Below are positions 12,401-20,241 of a DNA stretch of 64,000 bases, one piece after another. Each line of letters opens with the position of its first letter. Position 1 is the first letter of the stretch. The stretch covers positions 13,793-77,792 of the forward strand of contig JBAZPG010000004.1 in the NCBI GenBank assembly GCA_041648335.1, in the 5' to 3' direction. The translations under genes and the position numbers were made by a program. The notes beneath the pieces were generated by a model that had not been told where the DNA came from, did no database searches, and was given only the letters and a program-made list of their open reading frames with translations. Source of the stretch: Candidatus Micrarchaeia archaeon. Its GTDB lineage: Archaea; Micrarchaeota; Micrarchaeia; Norongarragalinales; Norongarragalinaceae.

Positions 12401-12457
12401 CCCGTTGAAGAAGTACCAGTTGAACCCGCGCCGGAAACGCCGCCTGTCGCAAGCTAA
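6422..12457 (+). CDS. giant (2011 aa) membrane-anchored surface protein with carboxypeptidase-regulatory-like repeats and Cys-rich modules
   Basis: N-terminal TM segment after a short amphipathic leader. Repeated V.D..G.P+.GA.V...T...G modules and two CSxAxCxxCxxxxC repeats. TTTTTATA about 25 nt upstream suggests a leaderless transcript. Confidence 0.8.
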   Translation: MGLLEGARERLSGFLGALNERYYSLMDSLQERGIKVYDWFVNPLEERGIPSLPVLLVLLLAFVAGAFLAFNPLQSTVALEVSVYSQNEPLAGVPVIVSVAGNAATAFTGADGIARFGALPQGADALITIKETGYGNYEKRLELAPTDGGAVELRANLEAIAKPAITVLVTDSSGTPLAGATLSYSSPATGEPVEKQTDASGSVRLEYSQSNEIYSLYVTRDGFVQGRVTCFASGTECVIELEAEADAGGEQGGALEPIGTVVVRVKNAAGEKTEATVALHDANSPAVLASSRTSQGVAVFRGIAAGTSVYVSVQAEGYLNYNGGTAGDEQTVSSAGDTLFSVILATAGSAGAKQTRFTITDAEGAPVQGAYVKLYSLNEPLALLEFQSTDAAGDAIFELDADALAYASIYADGFLPRVEQLVEPGAFKTFALEPLAPGNNAPAKITVLDADNGPVPQARVFILAGDGFVLALPYAQTLEDGSVTIDGLPLEGLRAQASKGASHGESDEFQPASGELAEATVTFAPLYGRVLAIASDASQPGTGVNALVRAFIEGEEVASCQSNATQCELDVRANKPVTLKFTATNYAETITPAFSVAPEETVSKAAQLVPLALANQLFIVSFELIDPANGQPVPEGAPLERGKQYDAVLYANLPQGADASGFRLSLEGPQEILFYSAPEDAEASSGSNTREASCDYWTQDGAVRWVNLEFTEGFGVRALSARILVSPQATKTDELAFEYRAYATDGGLWYRNPFDESRNYSAGETPCVAPFTRVERAVTEGSTTCNEYACLSLVFDNGVETRGNALPVEIGAAFSTFVEARFYGDYTYPYLSVAADETEILFTSESFHNESSEPNAAEFTRELVLDGLNSDGGEISALALVASRNAEISFELGYQDGVLLSTTRRISITGEGELVAAVTPQELEANQDNELTVTVYSGTGSPVEDALVELLDGEGAPLAGEEYYLAGDGSRGSGENGEYSFEVHPSSPGTLLVSVEREGYASAEQEIAVVATDFLSFEPDAASLSVDCDPLELTVFNELAVAAPVEASFADNACVVLSGPLVTNNGNHSYSFTVPASGSTTLFAEPIVNQDCYLALNSVLEGTGSAYSGTAYFQVDCSALDPVEEEAIEDDCSSADCGACTETQCIDLEGYCQPAYLTLPGGNRSFNGCVDAEPTPEASCSAANCSLCDQQECLALQNQGACLAEYAAGVYARCSTLEAYDCSPGNFDFSNILARRLAQYHADALLNPAMGKRVIAASASNQVLITNYGYSIGATGPGCDKKDNSIVCDKPVNAMFPINGMTFSVQTTLGQQISVLAGLADEEDEDNSCFEVKKVNGDSAFGIDDLAETVRGTLGAIMLTPEAPYATYLVTFKGTDPECVDYSWENGLRMTPKSNKDTFTIELEPTVYGGGQLGRVTLTLNMITEDDSEYEDFADDAAKYALFAVPASGTIYSRGATVEPVFITANAFDTDIMITHGGSTTELGEAGIAFVQAKLGDAFELDVNGVNGTGFAFAPASTTDTGNTIAAGDIVGSVSANALTVFTSVPSTEEATADVPALPSTSGTIINGGTFDNSDSETSTASNDGVTAEGLACSGTEWCTPEQAASAAEAAQADLQELYVEFYESLDRVDSSGLVQGSEEVFNQALNDAIGDYAARSAVYQACKAAGTDPLAGLQEDCTANYFGPGLNANPSGFQTSEYPQLSAPVPASWQAPQGFGSVYGNAFTQTACNSELMNYGMGSTQAMGSNFWNSFTGTLTGQLTPYSGEVATGQPILSFDEAVVVIPMKVAGVGIVPFVFSFDAVEAGLAEGDVTGQDEDRQLVHIIDTIDTTGSVRAASLVTFIHKPDVFSVLDGGSPESNVFAIPYINNAQTVVFAATPNLFTMNKYPMTIAPECAFASLNYWTGIQSTSDATQSGVFDVAEQTVETLAVTCNGVVNTLTINALTNKVTVGSGANALFECLLDESKTLAGTVSGDETSLTCDGCTCTLIEEATEPVEEVPVEPAPETPPVAS

Positions 12458-12458
12458 T

Positions 12459-12473
12459 CTTTTTTTATTTTTT
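12459..12473 (+). terminator. oligo-T tract, putative archaeal terminator
   Basis: T-rich run just after the 12457 stop, between convergent genes. Confidence 0.4.
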
Positions 12474-12486
12474 CGCGCCGCGCCGC

Positions 12487-15315
12487 CTAACCCTTGATTA
12501 CGCCCATGGGCACGAGCCTCGCAACGATTCCGCAGAGTCCCGCGCGCTCCACCGCACCCACCACGTCGTCAACTTTCTTGTAGGCGCCGCCCGCCTCCTC
12601 GGCGAGCACGCCCGTTTCCACCGCACGCACGACAACACCGCGCGCCTCCATGCCCCGCTGTATTTCGATGCCGCTGTAATCGCGTAACGCCTGCGAACGG
12701 CTCTTCACGCGCCCGCTCCCGTGGCAAGTCGAACCCCAAGACTCCGCCGCGCCCGGTAAACCCTTTAGCACGTATGAAGCCGTTTCCATGCTCCCCGGAA
12801 TAATCACCGGCTGCCCTACCGCGCGGTAAGCCGCGGGAACCTCGGGGCGTCCCGCCCAGAACGCGCGCGTCGCACCCTTCCGGTGAACGCACAATTTTTT
12901 GCCGTTGTGTTCCTCGATTTTCGCGATGTTGTGGCACACGTCGTAAACGAGCGACAAGTCCATTGATTCCCAATCGCGCTTGAATACCTTCGCGAACGCC
13001 TCGCGCGTCCAGTGCGTCATCGCCTGGCGGTTCGCGAACGCGTAGTTCACCCCGCACGCCATCGCGCCGAGATAGTCGGACGCCTCCGGCGACGAGAGCG
13101 GCGCACAACACAACTCCTTGTCCGCGAGCTTGATTCCGTATTTTTCGCTCGCGCCCAGCATCACGCGGATGTAATCGTCACACACTTGATGTCCGAAACC
13201 GCGGGAGCCCGAGTGAATCGCAACGCACACCTGTCCCTCGCGCAAGCCGAACGCCTTCGCGGCTTCAACGTCGAACACTTTCTCAACGCGCTGGATTTCG
13301 AGGAAGTGGTTCCCGCTCCCGAGCGTGCCGAGCTGGGGGCGGCCGCGCTTGCGCGCCATCGCGCTCACCTTGGAGTAATCCGCGCCCCCCATTGCCCCGC
13401 CTTCCTCGCAGTGCTCCGCGTCCGCGGCTACGCCGTAGCCCTCGTCAAGCGCCCACTTCACGCCGCGTGTGACCGCCTCGCCGAGTTCGTCGTCGTCCTT
13501 GAGGCGGATGCGCCCCTTCGAGCCAACGCCCGACGGTATTCCCTCGAATAATGCGTCCACGAGTTCGCGGGCGCGCTGCTTCACCTCGCTTGCCTCGAGG
13601 TTGGTGCGCAGGAGGCGGATTCCGCAGTTGGACACTATCAATCCGTTGGCTACGAAGTTGTGGTTGTCTTCCACGGTGAAGTCGTAAACTTTTTCGATTC
13701 CTGCGGGTTCGATGGCTTCTATTTCATCCAGTATGCCGCCGTGTACTTTGATTTCCTTTGTTTTTTCTGTTGTGAACGCTTCAAAGGACGCGAAGCCGAG
13801 GTCCAGCCTCGTTCCAGTTTTCTCGTAAACGCTGCGTTGAACGAATCGCTTGTTGTAACCCAACTCGCGGGCTATTTCGTTAATCGTCAAGCCCTTTTCC
13901 TTGAGCTCCCTTGCTTTTTCGCGCGCCTGCTTTCTTTCAGTAGTGTGCCCGCGTTTCAACGCGATGTAGGCGCAGGCGATTTCCGCGGCGTTGGAGCGCT
14001 TCTCGTTGTATTCGAAGCCGATTTTCCTCCAAAGTTTTTCCAGGTTTTTTTCTTCGGCGGAGATTTCGAGCCGTAAGCGCACGGTTTCGCCTTTTTGGTT
14101 TGGTTGTTCGCTTCGTTCGGCGATTTTCGTGGTTTCAACCTCGAAATCTTCCTTCAACAGCCGCATTATTTGTATCAGGAACGCCCGACCAGATTGCTTG
14201 GCTACCGTGTTCTTGTTTTGTGCGAGTATGGGCGCGTTGAATCCGGTTTTGCAATGCGTTTTCGGCGTGGTTAGCTCGGCGCCGAAAAACCCAGCCAAGA
14301 ACAGGCGTTTCACCCATTTGGGTGCGTTCAACACCCAGTTCGGGACGCCATATTCCGCGATGGTTTTCCTTCCCAAAGGTAAACCGAGTTCCACGAGTTT
14401 CTCGCAGAACCCGCGGGAGTAAATGTGGAGTTCGCCGCAATTGGAAACGAATGTCTTGTCCCCGTATTGCGTCCTGATTTTGCCGACGCGCGTGCGCTCG
14501 AAAACGCTGCTCTTCACGCCGATTGACGCCAAGTCGCATTGCATTCTTTCCAAGTCGTTCTTGTTTCCGAACGCCTCCACACGGATTTTTCCACCTGTTT
14601 TAGAAGCACTGCCGTCGCCAAGCAGATAGCCGATAACCTTCGCGAGGACTCCCGTCGCCTCCTCCGAGAAGCCCTCGAGGTTGAACGGTTCATCGTATTC
14701 CACTCCTTCAAAGTACCTAACCGCAACCCGTTCTCCCTTGGTTAAATCGGCGAGCGGAGTCATCCCGCATTCTGTCAGGAACGGATGGTCTGCGCTGGCT
14801 TTAACCGAGAAACCCGAGTGCGTCTTTAACCCGTAAACCGCCGCGCTCTTGTGCATGAACGCGATTATTTGTTTGGGTTCGAAGCTTTTGTGCGCGTTTA
14901 GCGTTTGAAGCGAGCCACCTAACAGCATCGTCCTACCCGCATCCTCGCATTCAACGGGTTCGAACGAGGCTATTTTTTTCCAGTAACCTAGGTTCGACTC
15001 TATCCTAGCGTCACCCGAAAGGCAATTTATGTCATACCCCACTCCGCCAGGCGACACTATGCCCTCGTCGAAGTTGAAGGCAGCCACGCCGCCGATGGGG
15101 AAACCGTTTAAGGCCGTTGAAAACTTTTTTCAACAGTATCCTTCGTGCCCATCAGGCATGACCATGGCTTTGCCTTCCAAGCCGGGAAGCGAGGCGACGT
15201 TGTTTATTTGGCTTAACGTCCTATCCCGCTGCATTTGCGCGAACATCTCGTCGCTCGCGTAAACACGCACCCTGCCTTCTTCGAAGACGCAGTCCCGCGT
15301 TTTCTTGAAATCCAT
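12487..15315 (-). CDS. rtcB: RNA-splicing ligase RtcB, interrupted by a predicted 30-nt BHB intron (15108..15137) and an intein (13627..15024)
   Basis: Exon 1 (15315..15138) reads MDFKK...MPDGHEG. Exon 2 carries GFPIGGVAAF...GYDIN|intein|CGIRL, GTLGSGNHFLE, HSGSRG, YDVCHN, VHRKGATRA, PGSM, STCHGSGR and EEAGGAYK. The spliced CDS is 2799 nt, giving a 932-aa precursor and 466 aa after intein removal. Confidence 0.95.
13627..15024 (-). mobile_element. intein with LAGLIDADG homing endonuclease in RtcB (466 aa)
   Basis: Begins CLSGDARIE. Contains block B VKASADHPFLT, endonuclease motifs IGYLLGDGS and FLAGFFGAE, and ends VYDFTVEDNHNFVANGLIVSN followed by +1 Cys. AT-richer than the flanking extein. 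Confidence 0.95.
15108..15137 (-). other. predicted bulge-helix-bulge mRNA intron in rtcB
   Basis: Minus strand reads CG-AAGG-AT^A-CTGTTGAAAA-AAG-TTTTCAACGG-CCTT-AA^A-CG. It forms a 4-bp central helix AAGG/CCTT, two 3-nt bulges and a 10-bp inner stem, and contains an in-frame TGA. Excision restores GAA GGA TAC GGT TTC (EGYGF). Confidence 0.88.
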
Positions 15316-15406
15316 TTAGTGCCTCCTATTTTCTAGAATAAGTGTAATTCGCTATCGCGGTTTTTAACTTCTCGTTTTTGTACTGCGTGCATCGTGGCTT
15401 CCAGTG

Positions 15407-16309
15407 CTACTGTTTCCCGCAAGCGGCGACGAAGCGCGGCGCGGGGCGGTTCAAGTCGCACAACAAGATGATTTCGTTGTCCCAGACGAACGGCTGTTCG
15501 AAGACAAGGTGCACGCCCCCTTCAACCGGCTCGGCGTCGCACGGCTGCCCTTGGAAGCCGTTGAACGCGTGCAGGCGCTTCGGGAGTTCGCCGCGGCAGA
15601 ACTTCGATTTCTTGAGCGAGAATGTGCCTTCGAGTATTCCCGCCTGGTGCGCGGGCGAGAGCACGCTCCCCCGCGTTATCGCTTCTACCGTCGCGCCCTT
15701 GAAGCACAAGCCCACGCGCGCCCCCGCGCCAGCCTCGGAGACGTCGACGTCCTGCACCTGGATGCTGCGCACGTCTATCTTTTCCTTGCCCGGGTTCACG
15801 AAGAGCGAGTCGTGTATGCGCACCATGCCCCGGGCGACGAAGCCCAACGCAATCGAACCCACGCCCTTTACGTTGAATGAGGAATCGGCGAGGACTTTGG
15901 TTTCGCCGTCGTTCTTTGCGGTTGGCAGGGCGCGCACCCACTCCCCCGCCTCTTCCACGGTTTTGACTGCGTATCCTTCCACTGCCGTGCCTTTGGCGTA
16001 CGCGCTCAAGCCGTAGTCGCCCGCGAAGCACCCGCTCTTCTTTTCGAGTAAGTCGAGCGCGACGAGCGCTTCCCCGAACGCCGCGTCTCCCGCGTCGTGA
16101 GCGATTACGATGTGGTCCGCGAGTGCGAGGCAGTAGGCGAGCGAGGAGGGTTTCTCGGGCCAACGGAACGGCTCGCACAACGTGATTACCTTGCCGGCGT
16201 AAACCTCGTGCCAGAGGCGGTAGTCGGATTCCCCACCCTTCTTCGCGTTAACCTTGCAGAACTCTTCGGCTTGGTTGCCGAGAACGCAGACCGTGACATT
16301 GTCTTTCAT
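15407..16309 (-). CDS. archaeal SelB-like translation factor (aSelBL) with degenerate G domain
   Basis: No P-loop. AKKGGESD N-terminal motif and EF-Tu domain II (DSSFNVKGVGSIALGFV, VRSIQVQDVDV, GARVGL). Confidence 0.8.
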   Translation of the reverse strand: MKDNVTVCVLGNQAEEFCKVNAKKGGESDYRLWHEVYAGKVITLCEPFRWPEKPSSLAYCLALADHIVIAHDAGDAAFGEALVALDLLEKKSGCFAGDYGLSAYAKGTAVEGYAVKTVEEAGEWVRALPTAKNDGETKVLADSSFNVKGVGSIALGFVARGMVRIHDSLFVNPGKEKIDVRSIQVQDVDVSEAGAGARVGLCFKGATVEAITRGSVLSPAHQAGILEGTFSLKKSKFCRGELPKRLHAFNGFQGQPCDAEPVEGGVHLVFEQPFVWDNEIILLCDLNRPAPRFVAACGKQ

Positions 16310-16315
16310 AAGCGA

Positions 16316-16834
16316 TTATTTGCGTTGGACGGCGTTATAATCGTTTAGCCGTTGCGCTGCCAACGCGACGCCTCCGCCCGTGAGCGCGGTGGCGAACTGC
16401 ATCCAGGTGAACGCACCCGCGAGCGCGAGCGGCGCCAAGCCAGCCAGGTAGGCGAGCGCGAAGCACGCGGACAACAGCGCGGTCTTCGCGAGCGCGCCCA
16501 AGGCAACGCCTTTCGCGCCGCTAAATGCCTTTATCACCCAGGCGTAAGCCGCGTTGCCCGCCCAGATTGCGGGAATGAAGAACGCGAGGAAGGGCGTGAA
16601 CGAACCGAACAGCACGCCATAGGCGAGCGCGCCCAGCGAGGGCAGGAGCACGAACGGCGCGGCTGCGAGCCAACCCCGCTTGACTATTGCGAACGCTATC
16701 AAGGCGTTCACTGCGGTTCCGGTGGCGAACTGGTTCAATCCCAGGAACGGAACGAAGAACGCGGCGAATGCCCCGACGAATACCAGCGCGTTTTCGCGTG
16801 CGAAACTGTTTTTTCCAGCTACGGCAAAAGTCAT
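16316..16834 (-). CDS. membrane protein, ECF S-component-like
   Basis: Hydrophobic, with motifs NQFATGTAVNAL, PAIWAGN and MQFATALTGG. Confidence 0.6.
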   Translation of the reverse strand: MTFAVAGKNSFARENALVFVGAFAAFFVPFLGLNQFATGTAVNALIAFAIVKRGWLAAAPFVLLPSLGALAYGVLFGSFTPFLAFFIPAIWAGNAAYAWVIKAFSGAKGVALGALAKTALLSACFALAYLAGLAPLALAGAFTWMQFATALTGGGVALAAQRLNDYNAVQRK

Positions 16835-17643
16835 CAGTAACTTCCCTCCAATAATGCGCCTAATGCTATGAGTGCGACCGAGGCGAGCGCGAGGGTGGCT
16901 GTGTCCACGAGTACTTGGCGCATTCCGCCTGGGCAGTGCCTGGATTTAGTTAAGCCCGCGCTCAAAATGCCTCCGGCGATGCTCGCCACGAAGTAACCCG
17001 CGATTTCAAGCGAGCCGTGCGGCAGCAAACCCAGGAACCCGTACACGAAACCCATCACGCCGCCTGCCTTGACGGCTTCTCCGAGCACGACGCCGAGGAT
17101 GGCAGCGTTCCACACGAGGAGGTAGACACTACCGATTCCGTAGAGCAGGCAGAACGCGAGCATCAACGCCAGTACGCCTAGGTTGTGCGAGAAAAGGAAC
17201 CACGCGCGTTGAACATTAAAGGACCAGCCGGTGGTAAGTCCTTGGATTGCGCTCACTTCCTCGAGTTGCGGGGCGAAAACGCGCGCCCCCGCGTCCGCGG
17301 GGAGCAGGGCGTACCACGCGGTGAAGGCGAGCACTGCTCCGAGGAAGAAGAACGCGTAAATCTTGACGAGGCGCGAGTGCCTCGAGAGAAGCGCGCCCTC
17401 CTTCTTTACCGCGTCCACGAGCGACGAGGCGCGCACGCATTCGTCCTTCTCCTCTTCGCGCGCGAGGAGGCTCCAGAACAAAGGCACTGCGGGGAGCACG
17501 GCGAATACGAGCGCGGAGCCGCCCATCGACGGGAGGAAATATTCCACGAGGATGCCGAACGATACGAATAACGCTCCAAGCACGAGCATGGCGTGCGGTT
17601 TGCCGGCGGCCTTGTTCGGGGTAATCAGGTGGTCGAGAACCAT
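16834..17643 (-). CDS. stage II sporulation protein M (SpoIIM/DUF95) family membrane protein
   Basis: Motifs FSHNL, LVWNA and LPHGSLEIAGY, ending in ALLEG. Confidence 0.85.
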   Translation of the reverse strand: MVLDHLITPNKAAGKPHAMLVLGALFVSFGILVEYFLPSMGGSALVFAVLPAVPLFWSLLAREEEKDECVRASSLVDAVKKEGALLSRHSRLVKIYAFFFLGAVLAFTAWYALLPADAGARVFAPQLEEVSAIQGLTTGWSFNVQRAWFLFSHNLGVLALMLAFCLLYGIGSVYLLVWNAAILGVVLGEAVKAGGVMGFVYGFLGLLPHGSLEIAGYFVASIAGGILSAGLTKSRHCPGGMRQVLVDTATLALASVALIALGALLEGSY

Positions 17644-17757
17644 TTTTTATCGCTCGCTAAACAGAACGCGTTGCGTTGGTTTAAAACCTTGCCCTGCCTG
17701 CGCGCCGCCCAAACCTTTTAAGCCGCGGGAAAGAAACTTTTTTCGGAGTTACCCGGC

Positions 17758-18465
17758 TTGAACAAAACGCTGTTTTTATTTTTCCTCGTTGTTTCCCTAG
17801 GTTTGGCTTTCGCGGAATCCACGCCTTCGGGTGCCACTCCTTCGTACGGCACGGGCGGGAACGCGACTTGGGGCGGAGCGACGCCCACCGGGGTTGCGGC
17901 AAGCGGCGGCAACGTTTCCAACGTCGGCCTTTCTTCTAACACGCAAACCATGCGTTGGGTCGGCTTTTACGGTGATATTTCGGGCAACGTGGTGTTGAGG
18001 AACGCGGCGGGCGAGCAGTTCTACGCTTGGACGCAGTCCAACGCCTCGGGTTACGTGCTGGCGGCGAAGAACGCGAGCATCCTCTGGGCGACGCTCAAGG
18101 CGACCCCGCTCACGGGCGCGCAAATCGACGCCGCATTCACTTTCCTGGCTGCCAAGACGGACAGCGGCACTGCGACTTACAACACCACGAGTTTCGGGGG
18201 CACGGTCGCGGGCGTTGCGATAACCGCGGGTGTGGCGAGTTCGGGTACGACCATGTTCGGTTCGACCGGGAACACCTGGGTGCAGCAGACCTTGAACACG
18301 AGCACGGTCGGGGTTGACGACAAGTCGTCGGTGTTCATGTCGCGCATCAACAACAACCAGAACTCGTTCAACGGGACCGTGGTTGACTACCAGTTGATGG
18401 TGCCCGAGGACGAGTCCGCCAACACGGCGCCGACCGCGTATTACTTCTACCTCCAGCTTGACTGA
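17758..18465 (+). CDS. secreted beta-rich surface protein (GGNV...WxGFYG family)
   Basis: Signal peptide, AASGGNVSNV..QT..WVGFYGDISG, DYQLMVP and C-terminal YYFYLQLD. Many NxS/T sequons. Confidence 0.75.
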   Translation: MNKTLFLFFLVVSLGLAFAESTPSGATPSYGTGGNATWGGATPTGVAASGGNVSNVGLSSNTQTMRWVGFYGDISGNVVLRNAAGEQFYAWTQSNASGYVLAAKNASILWATLKATPLTGAQIDAAFTFLAAKTDSGTATYNTTSFGGTVAGVAITAGVASSGTTMFGSTGNTWVQQTLNTSTVGVDDKSSVFMSRINNNQNSFNGTVVDYQLMVPEDESANTAPTAYYFYLQLD

Positions 18466-18546
18466 GGTTTTCCCTCTAGGAGACGGGCATATGGTTTTTA
18501 AAGCCCGTAACCCTTTATTCTTACGGTTTTGGTGGGTGGTTAGCTA

Positions 18547-20241
18547 GTGCGCAAGCTTTATGCGTTACTCGTTTTTGCAGTCCTATCGTCGTGCCTCGCT
18601 TCCGGGCAAGTGCTCGTGAATTCGCGCGACTGGCAGGATGTTTACCAGGGCGTGCTTTACGCCCAATCGTTCGGCGGCGCAACCGTCGAAGAATGCCGCT
18701 TCCTCCTGTCTTCGGACCACGCGGTGCACCAGTTCCTGAACGCCTCCAAGCCCGTGCTCTACATCGAGGGCAACCAGAATTATTACCCCGATTACGCGGG
18801 CGTGCTCTCGGACGCGGGTTTCACGCAAGTCGACGAACTGGCGCTCTCGGGGCTCCCCCTTGCAATGGAGCTCGCCGAGCGCGCGGACTGCTCGAAGTTC
18901 ATAATCGTCGGGGACGCGGCGGGTTACCACGCGGTGAGCGCTGCGCCTTACGCTTCGTTCACCCGGTCGTGCGTGCTCTTCGCGAACGCGGGCAATGCTG
19001 GCGAGATTGCATCGTTCTTGTCTGGACGCGCGGAGTCCACGATGGTTTTCGGTCCGGTTGACTCCGCGGTCGCCGGGGCGCTGGCGCCGTTGAGTCCCGA
19101 GACGGTGAGCACGGGCAGCCGCTACGGGGATAACATCGAAATCGTGTCGCGTTACCGCGCATTGAACCCCGTGGCGCAGGTTTCGTTCTCGAACGGGGAG
19201 TTCCTCGAAGCCAGTTTGTTCAGCGCATTTCCCGTAGTTCTCATCGGCCGCGATTACCCGCCGCAATCCGTGCTGGATTACTTCAACGGCGAGGGCAGCG
19301 GGGTAACCGTGGGCGTCGTGGTAGGGAACGACTTGCTGGGCGCAGCCAAGATAATCAAGGACGAGACGCCCGTTGAGGCGGTTTTCGTGAAATACGCCCA
19401 AGGGTGGGCGAAGCCGGGTTCGTTCTACTCGGAAGTCAGCGGCTTGGATTTGTTCTATTTGCCGGTTTATGATACGGGTTTGGAAGTGTCGCGTGCGGGT
19501 TACAACCTAGAGTCCCGCGAAATACAAGTCACCTTCGTCAACCCCTCCGAGTCGCTGCCGGTTTACTTCGAGTCCGCGACCACCCTGTATGCGGACGGCG
19601 TCGCGGTTGCAACGGTTTCCGACGCGGATGTCCTGCAGCTGGATGCTGGAAAAACGCTCGTCGTAGCCTACCCCGTGGCTGACGATTCGACTATAGTGAC
19701 TGCGGTGCGCGCCGGTTCGGCGTTTTCCGCGGAAGTGTTCGCCCGTTACGGCGGGGACGCCTCCGAGATGACGGATGAACTCAAGGAGACGTATCCCGTG
19801 GAGTTCGGCGAATCCGCCGACTCCTCCCTGCTCTCGCTCGGCGCGGTTTCCTATGACTCGAGTGCGTTCAAGCTTTACGTGGACTTGACTAACGAAGGCG
19901 GCGTTCCAGCGTTCGCGAACGTGCTCGTCACCGCGAAGGTGAACAACGTGGAGAACGCGTTCGAAACCATCGAGCCCGTGGAAGTGCCGGTATCAACCGA
20001 GCCCTACCGCGTTTCATTTGACTTGCGCTTGACCGAGGATGCGGCGCGCACCCTGTGGGGGAGCCCCGCGCTCGTGAGTGTTGATTACGGTGCGTCCCAA
20101 GGGTTGCTGTTGAAGCACCTTGAAGAGGAGCGCGGCGTGCAGGGCACCGCCGGTTTGAACCCGCTCCTCGTCGCCGGCGCGTTCCTGTTGGCCATCATAC
20201 TCGCGGCAGCGTACTGGTTCGGCGCAAAGAAGCGCAAGTGA
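18547..20241 (+). CDS. membrane-anchored surface protein with cell-wall-binding-repeat-2-like N-terminal region
   Basis: Signal peptide and CWB2-like segments (AAPYAS...VLF, FGPVDSAV, TGSRYGDN). C-terminal TM plus KKRK tail. Confidence 0.65.
   Translation: MRKLYALLVFAVLSSCLASGQVLVNSRDWQDVYQGVLYAQSFGGATVEECRFLLSSDHAVHQFLNASKPVLYIEGNQNYYPDYAGVLSDAGFTQVDELALSGLPLAMELAERADCSKFIIVGDAAGYHAVSAAPYASFTRSCVLFANAGNAGEIASFLSGRAESTMVFGPVDSAVAGALAPLSPETVSTGSRYGDNIEIVSRYRALNPVAQVSFSNGEFLEASLFSAFPVVLIGRDYPPQSVLDYFNGEGSGVTVGVVVGNDLLGAAKIIKDETPVEAVFVKYAQGWAKPGSFYSEVSGLDLFYLPVYDTGLEVSRAGYNLESREIQVTFVNPSESLPVYFESATTLYADGVAVATVSDADVLQLDAGKTLVVAYPVADDSTIVTAVRAGSAFSAEVFARYGGDASEMTDELKETYPVEFGESADSSLLSLGAVSYDSSAFKLYVDLTNEGGVPAFANVLVTAKVNNVENAFETIEPVEVPVSTEPYRVSFDLRLTEDAARTLWGSPALVSVDYGASQGLLLKHLEEERGVQGTAGLNPLLVAGAFLLAIILAAAYWFGAKKRK

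Noticed and set aside
15106..15135. Insert translates C*KKFSTALN, which looks like intein ends (C...N)
   Set aside because: Far too short, contains a stop, and the following residue is Gly rather than Cys/Ser/Thr.
15108..15137. TGT-TGA plus hairpin read as selenocysteine recoding, given the SelB-like gene next door
   Set aside because: Readthrough would put 10 residues inside the invariant GYGFPIG motif. The hairpin includes the UGA itself and aSelBL lacks a P-loop. The BHB model restores the motif exactly.
12487..15315. rtcB as a simple pseudogene
   Set aside because: All catalytic motifs are intact and the only lesion is a precisely excisable BHB insert.
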